Of a stretch of DNA of 64,000 nucleotides, positions 56,211 through 64,000 are shown piece by piece (the stretch's first letter is position 1; every line of letters starts with the position of its first letter). The position numbers were made by a program, and so were the translations under genes. The stretch is from an uncultured Methanosarcinales archaeon (lineage in GTDB: Archaea; Nanobdellota; Nanobdellia; Woesearchaeales; ARS49), in the NCBI GenBank assembly GCA_964637115.1, contig CAZWVL010000008.1, positions 1-64,000 of the forward strand, given 5' to 3'. The notes beneath the pieces were generated by a model. It was not told the DNA's origin, did no database searches, and saw nothing but the letters and a program-made list of their open reading frames with translations.

Positions 56211-57031
56211 CTTAACCTCGGATAATAATCAGGCGGTGTTCTTATCTCAGTGCGCGCCGGGTTGATAACTCCTGACAATACAATCGTATGAGGACTTGGA
56301 TCCATACTTGGGAACGGCTCCCTTGTAATCCAAACCTCATCAAACATATGCGCCAAGCGGGGAATTTGAGTAACCATCTGCAATGTGGGAGGCAGGGTGC
56401 TTTTCAAAACGCCAAGGTTCAATGCGTATTCAGTTTCATAATCAAACAACCAAGCCATGTAGATTTCGTTTTCATCCAATGGCTCAAGATAAAGAGCCTG
56501 AATGAAAATCTGGGTTCGCGGATGCGGCTTATTCAGACCAGCACCATACTCATTTCCAGTGCTGAACACTCTTGCCGTGCCTTTACCCATAGTTGGCTCA
56601 GTCCCGATAATCTGCTCCACAGGACTGTAAGGAAGCAATTCAACGCTTCTATCCAAGCGCGGATAGCCACGCACTTTAGGATCCCAGTTGCTGATGTGAG
56701 CAGGGTCACGACCCTGGTTTGAAAGCGAGTTGGAATCAAAGTTGAAAACTGATGAGAATGCGCTCTTGCTGCCTGTCTGCGTCAGACGATCAGTCGGACC
56801 CTTGGAACCGAAGTTTTGAAATGGTTTAACGTAGCCAGTGCCAAAGTAACGGTCACGCGTATAAGGATCATAAATTCTTCTGTCTCTGGCAATCTGGCCA
56901 GTGTAACTGTCAATATTGTTATCGTAGACTTGATAGTTGTGAATAGCGAGAACTGAGCCGACCAATAAGAGCGCTACAAGAATAGCACTGGCAAATCTGT
57001 TCACAATATACACCTCTTTCAGCTCAATCAT
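56207..57031 (-). CDS. Secreted protein with RskA C-terminal-like domain, paralog 2
   Basis: Signal peptide; YMAWLFD...NLGVL...VWITREP......PHTIVLSG. Confidence 0.5.
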   Translation of the reverse strand: MIELKEVYIVNRFASAILVALLLVGSVLAIHNYQVYDNNIDSYTGQIARDRRIYDPYTRDRYFGTGYVKPFQNFGSKGPTDRLTQTGSKSAFSSVFNFDSNSLSNQGRDPAHISNWDPKVRGYPRLDRSVELLPYSPVEQIIGTEPTMGKGTARVFSTGNEYGAGLNKPHPRTQIFIQALYLEPLDENEIYMAWLFDYETEYALNLGVLKSTLPPTLQMVTQIPRLAHMFDEVWITREPFPSMDPSPHTIVLSGVINPARTEIRTPPDYYPRLR

Positions 57032-57102
57032 AGAAAGCGAGCTTTATAAATGTTGTGTATGCCCCGTATAGCCTAATTGTTAGTCACTTCATAGTAGTAA
57101 AA

Positions 57103-57402
57103 ATGGAAAGGTTTATATATGGCAATGCTCTAAAACAGAGCATGGACCGACTAGAATACAGCCACCAGCTTGCACACCAAGATATGCAAGAACGCATCAG
57201 AAGCAATGAACTAAAAGAGTCTAAAAGGAAAGTTGCGGGAGCTGGCAGACTATTCAAAGACTTGTATGAACTACACAAATTGCACGAGCTCGGAATTGCA
57301 CCGCAAATACCACCACTGCATCCGGAAAACAAGAACAGCCCTCCAACATCTTACGAACTGCTCAATCGGCGCTGGATGGAGCTCATGAAACACTTCATGT
57401 AG
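57103..57402 (+). CDS. Hypothetical protein
   Basis: ORF from ATG 57103; followed by a GGAGG RBS for the next gene. Confidence 0.55.
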   Translation: MERFIYGNALKQSMDRLEYSHQLAHQDMQERIRSNELKESKRKVAGAGRLFKDLYELHKLHELGIAPQIPPLHPENKNSPPTSYELLNRRWMELMKHFM

Positions 57403-57411
57403 GAGGCCAAA

Positions 57412-58059
57412 ATGAACACCCCACGACAGCCTTGGGAACAAGACCCAGACAAATGGAAAGGAAAGCCAGAACACCACTCATTTTCCACGATGCGCTCTAA
57501 AGATGTCGGCAGACTGACTGAAAGAAACAGGAAGTCAGTTCTTGACTTGCTCACGATAAATGACGTTGAACTGCCGCAATTAATTGCTGAAGGAAAAGTA
57601 AAACCTAAAACAGTCGTCACGTACTCACGCGTTGAATGGGGTGTTGAAGGAAACAAAGTAGTTCCCGTAAGTGAAACAATACTTGCACGCGCAAACCTGT
57701 ATGACTTATCGCAATGGGGCAAAACACACTGCATTGGCGTCGGCAGATATCAGGAGAATTTGTTCAAGCCGTGCACAAACGAAAATGGTGTAGATAGACT
57801 CATCTCACGAGAACACGGATTAGTATTGCTTATCAAAGATGGAAAAAGAAAACCTGGCATGCATTACCACGACATCGGCACACAACATAAAGGAAGCACA
57901 AATGGCAGCTACCTCAATGACAATTTCGGCGTTCATAACCTAGTCATGCCCTGGGAAGAAGGGGATTACATAAGCATGGGCAATTACCGCATACTTGAAA
58001 ATAAAAACGTCAGAAACTTCAGACTGCGCTACAAGACACTGGGTGAAAAGGATGTATAA
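57412..58059 (+). CDS. FHA-domain protein
   Basis: IGVGR...ISREH...D....GSTNGSYLN, the G-R, S-R-x-H and S-T-N-G FHA motifs in order. Confidence 0.72.
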   Translation: MNTPRQPWEQDPDKWKGKPEHHSFSTMRSKDVGRLTERNRKSVLDLLTINDVELPQLIAEGKVKPKTVVTYSRVEWGVEGNKVVPVSETILARANLYDLSQWGKTHCIGVGRYQENLFKPCTNENGVDRLISREHGLVLLIKDGKRKPGMHYHDIGTQHKGSTNGSYLNDNFGVHNLVMPWEEGDYISMGNYRILENKNVRNFRLRYKTLGEKDV

Positions 58060-59020
58060 CGTTCTAGCTAAATATCCCATGCACTTGTTCTCAGCAGCGC
58101 CAAACGCGAAAACAGGATATCACCGCGTTTGGATTAGAGACAACATTTACACGCTTTTTGGCCTGGAAGCAAAAGGCGATTATACAGCTTCTGTAAAAAC
58201 AGTACACGCACTGATAGACATTCTGAAAAAACATTCTTACAAAATAGACTGGATGATAAAACAGCCGCATCCTAAAGATGGCCACAGATACATCCACCCA
58301 AGATACGATGAAAACGGAAACGAGCTTTCTGAACCATGGGGATGGAAACAGAATGATGCAATTGGAGCGCTTTTATGGAAGATTGGAACATTAGACAAAA
58401 AAGGAAAATTTGAATGGAGAGAAGGCGACAAGGAAATCGTGCAGAAACTTGTTAATTATTTACAAGCAATCGAATACTGGCACGACAAAGACAACGGAAT
58501 GTGGGAAGAAGCAGAAGAAGTGCACGCAAGTTCAGTAGGAGCGTGCCTGGCAGGATTATTGGCAGTTGACCATATCGTTCACGTGCCATTGCACCTGATA
58601 GCACACGGAGAGCACACTTTGAAAACATTATTGCCAAGAGAAAGCGTTACAAAAGAAACGGACATGGCACTTTTATCATTAATCTGGCCGTACAACATTG
58701 TAACAGCACAAGAAAGAGAATTAATTTTGAAAAACGTAGAAGAATTAGTCAGAGAAAAAGGACTTATCAGATATTCTGGAGACTTGTATTACAGCAAAGG
58801 CAAGGAAGCAGAATGGACAATGGGATTCCCATGGCTGGCAATCATTTACAAAGAACTCGGCTCAATGAACAAATATTATTTTTACCTTAACAAGACAAAA
58901 AGTGCTTTGAATCAAAAAGGAGAACTGCCAGAACTTTATTTCGGCGGAACATCAACACATAATGAAAACACGCCGTTGGCGTGGGCGATGAGCCTGATGG
59001 CGGTAGCTGAAAAATGCTGA
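58052..59020 (+). CDS. GH15 glucoamylase-like glycoside hydrolase
   Basis: VWIRDN, QNDA.G, GMWEE, ASS, GLIRY, LPELY, PLAWA. Confidence 0.85.
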   Translation: MYNVLAKYPMHLFSAAPNAKTGYHRVWIRDNIYTLFGLEAKGDYTASVKTVHALIDILKKHSYKIDWMIKQPHPKDGHRYIHPRYDENGNELSEPWGWKQNDAIGALLWKIGTLDKKGKFEWREGDKEIVQKLVNYLQAIEYWHDKDNGMWEEAEEVHASSVGACLAGLLAVDHIVHVPLHLIAHGEHTLKTLLPRESVTKETDMALLSLIWPYNIVTAQERELILKNVEELVREKGLIRYSGDLYYSKGKEAEWTMGFPWLAIIYKELGSMNKYYFYLNKTKSALNQKGELPELYFGGTSTHNENTPLAWAMSLMAVAEKC

Positions 59021-60141
59021 CGAGAAAAGACCAGGCGACAGTTAAGAAATTTATGTCAACATACAAACAGTTACAGCCGCCAGTCATGCGAACCATAGAG
59101 CTGCCAAAAATTGGCAGAGCCGTGCTTCTCGATGAAAGCGTTAACCCAACCGGCACGCATAAAGACAGAATGGCTGAAAGCGTCCTTGAGTTTTACTTGA
59201 GAATATTGGCGGCCAGAGAAGCAGGAAACTGGAATAAACCGCTTCCATCACTCTCAATAATCAGTTCAGGCTCAGCAGCATTAGCAGTACAGACTCAATT
59301 GCGCAAATACGGATTCCCAAATCTGAAAGTCCTCTATGACAGACGGCATCTTGACCCAAACATTGAAGACCAGCTTACCAAAATCGGCTGCCGGATGCAC
59401 TCAACCGATTTAAGCAAAAAATTTATCGACTCACAAACGCTTCTCAATCTAACCGATAACAAAGAGGGGTTTGTTGCAACATCAAAAAAGCTAACCAGCG
59501 GATGCTATAATCGAATAACGCAACGAATTCTGCACGAAATAGCCGGCGGCGGATTTTACGAGAAAGATGAGCATGGCGCTGACAGAGAGGTCACCCGCAT
59601 GCCTTGGTGGCCAGCCAGCGCATTCAAACCTGCTGTTATCGTGACGCCATTCGGCACAGGCAGATTGCTTGAAGACATTATTGAACCATGCAAAGCGGTT
59701 GTTGAAGCGGCCAACGCTGATTTGGACCACTCCCAGCAAAAAGCAGGATGGCACTACGTTGGCGGCCGTTACAACACCGCTGTTCTGCGCCAGTGCAGTT
59801 TCATTGGTGCAACAACAATCAATCCAAAGTCGCGCGCAACAAAGCTGTACGCTCCATTCAGACAAGAAGACCCTGACTCCAGCAGCCTCATGGCAGACAT
59901 TGATGATTGGAATAAATGGATTCACCTGTACAAGTCAAGCGAACTTATAGGCAAGTATTCTGGCGTCTTTATATTCAAAGAAAAATACCTCAGGCAGGCG
60001 GAAGAAATCGCCGCAAAGCAAGACATCACCGCAGAACCATCTGCACTAGCAGGTATCGCGTATTTGCTGGAAAATGGCGCTCCGAAAAAACACAGAATAA
60101 TCATCGTGAGCACTGGAAAGACGAAATTGGCAGGAACATGA
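59014..60141 (+). CDS. PLP-dependent fold-type II enzyme (threonine/cysteine synthase superfamily), divergent
   Basis: NPTGTHKDR (PLP Lys), SSGSAA, PFGTG, AEPSA, STG. Confidence 0.78.
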   Translation: MLTRKDQATVKKFMSTYKQLQPPVMRTIELPKIGRAVLLDESVNPTGTHKDRMAESVLEFYLRILAAREAGNWNKPLPSLSIISSGSAALAVQTQLRKYGFPNLKVLYDRRHLDPNIEDQLTKIGCRMHSTDLSKKFIDSQTLLNLTDNKEGFVATSKKLTSGCYNRITQRILHEIAGGGFYEKDEHGADREVTRMPWWPASAFKPAVIVTPFGTGRLLEDIIEPCKAVVEAANADLDHSQQKAGWHYVGGRYNTAVLRQCSFIGATTINPKSRATKLYAPFRQEDPDSSSLMADIDDWNKWIHLYKSSELIGKYSGVFIFKEKYLRQAEEIAAKQDITAEPSALAGIAYLLENGAPKKHRIIIVSTGKTKLAGT

Positions 60142-60620
60142 CGCTCTTCTATTACGGCACAACTGTACCTGTAGCAATCACGATTGCAGAACAAGGAGCA
60201 ATATTCTCGCCTGTAATGAAACAACGCCACTACCTGAACGAATTACGAATAGCTCAGCCTGCACTTTTTCAAAAAAAATTTGGAAACAGACCTTTGGAAG
60301 AAACTGCAGATAAAATAGTGAGAGAAACAATTGCTCCGGAACAAGAAGCATACATAAACCAAGTAACTCTTGTCAATACCATTCAACTTGCACTAATACA
60401 GCCGGGAAAAACAGAAGATGCAAAATTAGTTCTGGGGTTTAATGTTCATCAGCCTCCTGCAAGATTCGCACGCATACCAGTCCAGCTTGACCTTCAATAC
60501 ATTGTCAGCATGCACTTAACTGAAGAAGCAATACAGGACCAGCACGAACTGAAAGAAGCATACGCACCATATTTTGCAAACAGTCAACCCTGCATTATGC
60601 GCATCGAGAGGGAACAATGA
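60138..60620 (+). CDS. Hypothetical protein
   Basis: ATGA-coupled ORF; no secure family. Confidence 0.6.
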   Translation: MTLFYYGTTVPVAITIAEQGAIFSPVMKQRHYLNELRIAQPALFQKKFGNRPLEETADKIVRETIAPEQEAYINQVTLVNTIQLALIQPGKTEDAKLVLGFNVHQPPARFARIPVQLDLQYIVSMHLTEEAIQDQHELKEAYAPYFANSQPCIMRIEREQ

Positions 60621-61156
60621 AACTTCCATTTGTCTGGGAACTGAAAAATGAATTATTAACCTCGCACCTGATTGGCTCACCGCACGGTTTCTCAATCAAC
60701 CACGCACTGTATACTGTGGACTTAGTTAAGTACCTGAACGACAAAGGCTTGGTACTTGTAGAAGAGATAAATGGATTTGGCAATTTAGATGCAACTGTAG
60801 AATTAATTGCACGCGAAACTAAAGTGGATATAAAACCGATTGCAACGTCTGAAGAAAGCAACATATTTTACCACAGATACGGCTTCAATCTCAGAGACCA
60901 ACCAGAGCCAGTCGCAGCATACAGACAAGCAGATGCTGACAAGCTAAAAAAGATATATGAAGGAGTCAAGAACGATTTGACTCCTGACCAACTCCGCATT
61001 CTTGAACAATGCAATCCAAACATGGTTGCCCTCTCTTTACCAGAACTTGAAAAATTGCCAGCACTAATCATAGTTGACTTAGCGCATTTGCTCATCGAGC
61101 CAACTATGCTGCAATTTTACCAGAAAAAAGGAATAAATATAGAAAAAATTCAATAA
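60617..61156 (+). CDS. Hypothetical protein
   Basis: ATGA-coupled 179-aa ORF. Confidence 0.65.
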   Translation: MKLPFVWELKNELLTSHLIGSPHGFSINHALYTVDLVKYLNDKGLVLVEEINGFGNLDATVELIARETKVDIKPIATSEESNIFYHRYGFNLRDQPEPVAAYRQADADKLKKIYEGVKNDLTPDQLRILEQCNPNMVALSLPELEKLPALIIVDLAHLLIEPTMLQFYQKKGINIEKIQ

Positions 61157-62088
61157 AGTTTCTCTTCATAACGCACAATACACTGCGTGTCAACACAGTC
61201 AAAGCCGGTAATTCTCGGCTGCTGCTCTGGAGGAATGCAGAATGCCTGCATCACTGAACATTGTGGAGCGCCGCACCTGTCCAGATAAAACACTGGAGGT
61301 TTGTGCAAAGTCTTTGTAGGACCTGCAATCTTATACGGACCGCAAATTCCTGTGACGCCCATCAACTGGCAGTCGCCCTTGACCGTGCAATAATTATTAA
61401 AACACGCTTCAGGAGTTTCTTTCCAACTGCCATCCTCGCACAACCAGTGCGTATTAGAAAATTCACCCTGTTCCGGAATTTCCGGCTCGCCCTGCAATCT
61501 TGCAACACACTCATTGTTCTGGCATTCACAACCGCCACCGCAATCCATTGTGCCAGGAGCACAATTCATCGTACACGCCACACCTTCGCACGCGGGAGCC
61601 TGGCTGACTGGAACACAACTCGTTGCATGGCAACACTGTGCTGGCAAACAGTCAGAATTTGATGAACATCCTGCACTAGGGCAAGGGGCAAATTCGCAAT
61701 TAGGACCTGTTCTGCCGACAGCAGAACCATCAGGACATACTTTAGCTTCCTCAGTGCACGCTTTTGGCTCATTCCAACCTTCGCGAGGAACGTTCTTGCA
61801 CTCTTTATTCACGCACTTTGTCTCCAAATGACCTGCAATTCCCGAACAAAAGTCTGGACAGTCCCTGGACATATCAACATTTTTTGAAGCGTACAACTTG
61901 TTGCCAACAAAACAATTATCAGTCTTCTTATCAATGCCGCCACACGTGCAGTCAGCATCAACATTGCAAAAAGATGGATTTTCTAAGAACTGATTTTCTG
62001 AAGGCTTTGGCTCTGCAGGTTTTGGGGGAATAACTGTGCACGCTGCTAAGAAAACTAAAAATAAAAATAAAAAACTAACCGATTTCAT
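61150..62088 (-). CDS. Cys-rich putative lipoprotein
   Basis: LAAC lipobox; CTEEAKVCPDGSAVGRTGPNCEFAPCP and C..DC....CC....C modules. Confidence 0.8.
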   Translation of the reverse strand: MKSVSFLFLFLVFLAACTVIPPKPAEPKPSENQFLENPSFCNVDADCTCGGIDKKTDNCFVGNKLYASKNVDMSRDCPDFCSGIAGHLETKCVNKECKNVPREGWNEPKACTEEAKVCPDGSAVGRTGPNCEFAPCPSAGCSSNSDCLPAQCCHATSCVPVSQAPACEGVACTMNCAPGTMDCGGGCECQNNECVARLQGEPEIPEQGEFSNTHWLCEDGSWKETPEACFNNYCTVKGDCQLMGVTGICGPYKIAGPTKTLHKPPVFYLDRCGAPQCSVMQAFCIPPEQQPRITGFDCVDTQCIVRYEEKLY

Positions 62089-62809
62089 AGGTCACGCTCA
62101 CCTGCGCACTAATATGCACGTCCTGCGGCGAGATTTCCGTTGCAGGAGCTTCGGGACCCATCTCGGCTTTGGCCATCATGACACCGCCTCTGTAGAACGG
62201 CTGGACATAATAGCTGGTCTCAGACAAGCTCAACACTTTGCCCAGTTTAACGCCTGCGCCGTCTGACAATGCTTCTGCCTTTTCTCGAGCGTTCATCGTT
62301 GCCTTTCTCAAGGCTTCAGTCTTGACTTCCTTCTGCTTTGCATCAGAAAGCTCGAAGTTGATGCTTTCAACATTGTTTGCGCCAGCCTGAATGCCTGCGT
62401 CAAGCAACACGCCAACTTTTCCAAGATCTTTTGTTGAAACAATGAATGAGTTGCTCACGCGATAACCCTTGTCAACCATCTTCTGGCCGGTCGGATCCCA
62501 TTCCTGAATCTTTTCAACACGATAATTCGTAGTCTGGATTTCATTCTGCCTTACACCCGCCTGAGACAATGCTGCCATAACACTGCTGCCGACTTCGCGG
62601 TTGCGAAGCTGCGCATCCTGTGCAGTTACGCTCTGCGTTTGGATGCTGAACGTTATTTTTGCCAGATCAGGAGCAACATCAAACTCTGTGCTGCCCTGCA
62701 CTGAAATAGCGTTTTGGGCCTGCTGGCCAGGCTGTTCCATAATCACACGCGTAGTACACGCGGTCAATGCGATCATCAAGACCGCCACCAATAAGATTGT
62801 TTTGTTCAT
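62075..62809 (-). CDS. SIMPL (DUF541) domain putative lipoprotein
   Basis: ISVQG...PD.A, GY.VSN, GAN....I.F, A...A..KAEAL, ISPQDV; LTAC lipobox; GGTGA RBS before ATG 62809. Confidence 0.88.
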   Translation of the reverse strand: MNKTILLVAVLMIALTACTTRVIMEQPGQQAQNAISVQGSTEFDVAPDLAKITFSIQTQSVTAQDAQLRNREVGSSVMAALSQAGVRQNEIQTTNYRVEKIQEWDPTGQKMVDKGYRVSNSFIVSTKDLGKVGVLLDAGIQAGANNVESINFELSDAKQKEVKTEALRKATMNAREKAEALSDGAGVKLGKVLSLSETSYYVQPFYRGGVMMAKAEMGPEAPATEISPQDVHISAQVSVTYEIG

Positions 62810-62851
62810 GTTTATCACCATCTTTCTGAAAGTTGAGCGTTAATAAATATC

Positions 62852-63448
62852 CTATTTTTTACTAAGGGAAATGCCTAACTGCTTTTTATATTGTGCGGAT
62901 TTATAGATCAAATATATGAGGGCGACCGCCAGAATGATTGCCGCGATGCCAAATACGTACGGCCAATAGTTGACTGCTTCTGCGACCGGCACCGGTTCGG
63001 GCGCAGTGGCCGCAAGACTCTGCACGGCACCAACGCTTTCTTCAACAGCCGCTTTCATCGCCATAGGAGCAGCGTCTGCAGTTGCTTCCAATGACATCGC
63101 CATCTCTCCACCAGGAACGAGATTCCTGAACCAAGTCCAAATGCCGCCAACAACGCTGAATACTAGCATTGCAAGCACAATCCAAATCTTCAATTCTTCA
63201 GGATTAAGAATGCCTTTGCCTTTCTTTGTTAATGAGTAATATTTCCACTTTCTGCCCTCTTCATGCCTCTCTACAAGACCAGCTTTTTCCAAAGCATCCA
63301 AATGCTCCTTGACTGTTGGGACTGAAAGTCCTAAAGAAGCAGCAATCTCGCTCTGCATATGCCTGCGCTGGTTCAAAAGTTTGAGAACATCAACTCTCGT
63401 TCCACTCGCTAATGCTTTGAAAGTTTCCTTGTCAAGACGAATGTCCAT
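62852..63448 (-). CDS. ArsR-family winged-helix regulator with two TM segments
   Basis: FKALASGTRVDVLKLL...HLDALEKAGLV...KWKYYSLT, then two hydrophobic helices. Confidence 0.85.
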   Translation of the reverse strand: MDIRLDKETFKALASGTRVDVLKLLNQRRHMQSEIAASLGLSVPTVKEHLDALEKAGLVERHEEGRKWKYYSLTKKGKGILNPEELKIWIVLAMLVFSVVGGIWTWFRNLVPGGEMAMSLEATADAAPMAMKAAVEESVGAVQSLAATAPEPVPVAEAVNYWPYVFGIAAIILAVALIYLIYKSAQYKKQLGISLSKK

Positions 63449-63504
63449 GGCAATTTTATCGTCCCGTTATTTAATAAGATTTGGATTTGGTAAGGCGTTA
63501 CCCA

Positions 63505-63557
63505 AACATCGGAATTACACAAAACAATCATATTACTTGTGTGTAATTCCGAGTGTT
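63505..63557 (-). repeat. Bulged-C palindrome family member
   Basis: Minus strand AACA-C-TCGGAATTACACA...TGTGTAATTCCGA-TGTT. Confidence 0.72.
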
Positions 63558-63569
63558 GTCAAAAATATC

Positions 63570-64000
63570 CTATTTTTGAAACAATTCCTCAACCAATTCA
63601 ACATACATCGCAGCGCTCCAAGCCTGTGCAAGACAACCTTGCGACTTGAATTCAGCAGCGCTGCTAAGTTCTGCATGATGGCCTGTAGTGCCCTCATACA
63701 AAATTTCTTTCGTGCTTGTTTTCAAAATGTGCTGAATATAATCTTTATACTTCTTCTTGTCAAATGCAAACAGGACAATGGCAGCCAGATTGTTTATCCA
63801 GAACCAGCTGTCGCCGGAATGATAGCTCTTTGGGTTTTCGCCGGTATGCTGGCTTACAAAGGAAGGATTGCCTGTTTCTATTGTTGCCAATCCGCCCCAG
63901 TCAAGCCACAATTTAGGCAAGACATAATCAAAACAATGAATCCATTCTCTCTTTGACAAAAGTTCAGGATAAGCATATGCGGCAATGAAAATGTTCGGCC
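63570..64000 (-). CDS. Amylo-alpha-1,6-glucosidase (glycogen debranching enzyme), C-terminal part; 5' end outside window
   Basis: Frame open to the window edge (PNIFIAAYAYPELL); YHSGDSWFW, ELSSA, GCLAQAWS. Confidence 0.85.
   Translation of the reverse strand, partial: PNIFIAAYAYPELLSKREWIHCFDYVLPKLWLDWGGLATIETGNPSFVSQHTGENPKSYHSGDSWFWINNLAAIVLFAFDKKKYKDYIQHILKTSTKEILYEGTTGHHAELSSAAEFKSQGCLAQAWSAAMYVELVEELFQK

Noticed and set aside
1910-59020. N-terminal extensions implied by the ORF track (rps8e, pduO, rps27e, aIF2alpha, aIF1A, rpiB, rpe, transketolase, GH15)
   Set aside because: Family homology begins at downstream starts that overlap the previous stop or follow an RBS; the extensions are artefacts of longest-ORF calling.
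60138-60620. ADP-ribosyltransferase-like toxin from the FYYGT start
   Set aside because: The key His of the HGT motif is Tyr and no further ART motifs were identifiable by eye.
1-64000. Alternative genetic code or programmed readthrough
   Set aside because: Conserved genes end at TAA, TAG and TGA at the expected positions with no in-frame stops.

Overview
Archaeal chromosomal window. It carries rpl37e, Lsm, rps8e, gins15-rpl44e-rps27e-aIF2alpha-nop10, aIF1A and dph2, with TATA-type promoters and GAGGTGA ribosome-binding sites. It is most likely a DPANN/Woesearchaeota-like genome; this is inferred from the mix of archaeal information genes with bacterial-type metabolic genes and many short secreted or membrane orphans. 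Main modules: an nrdR-nrdJ-pduO deoxynucleotide module with tandem NrdR boxes; a glycolysis/glycogen/pentose cluster (eno, gpmA, GT3 glycogen synthase, GT4, GH57, pfkB, fba, rpiB, rpe, split transketolase, nadK, GH15, debranching enzyme); a base-excision repair trio; an AT-rich accessory patch (TM-AbiTii-like, NERD, attC-like hairpin); and a large 11-repeat Ig-like surface protein. No CRISPR array, tRNA, rRNA, integrase, transposase or reverse transcriptase was recognised. Three observations stand out. (1) A dispersed family of hairpins has a conserved extrahelical C, and two in-operon insertions carry stop-free 'relay' ORFs that appear to preserve translational coupling. (2) Both transketolase subunits are intact but have lost essentially every catalytic motif, and one is fused to a DUF5752-like module that also occurs twice nearby. 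(3) A bacterial-type NrdR operator pair is embedded in an archaeal TATA promoter. All family calls come from motif recognition by eye; no database searches were run.
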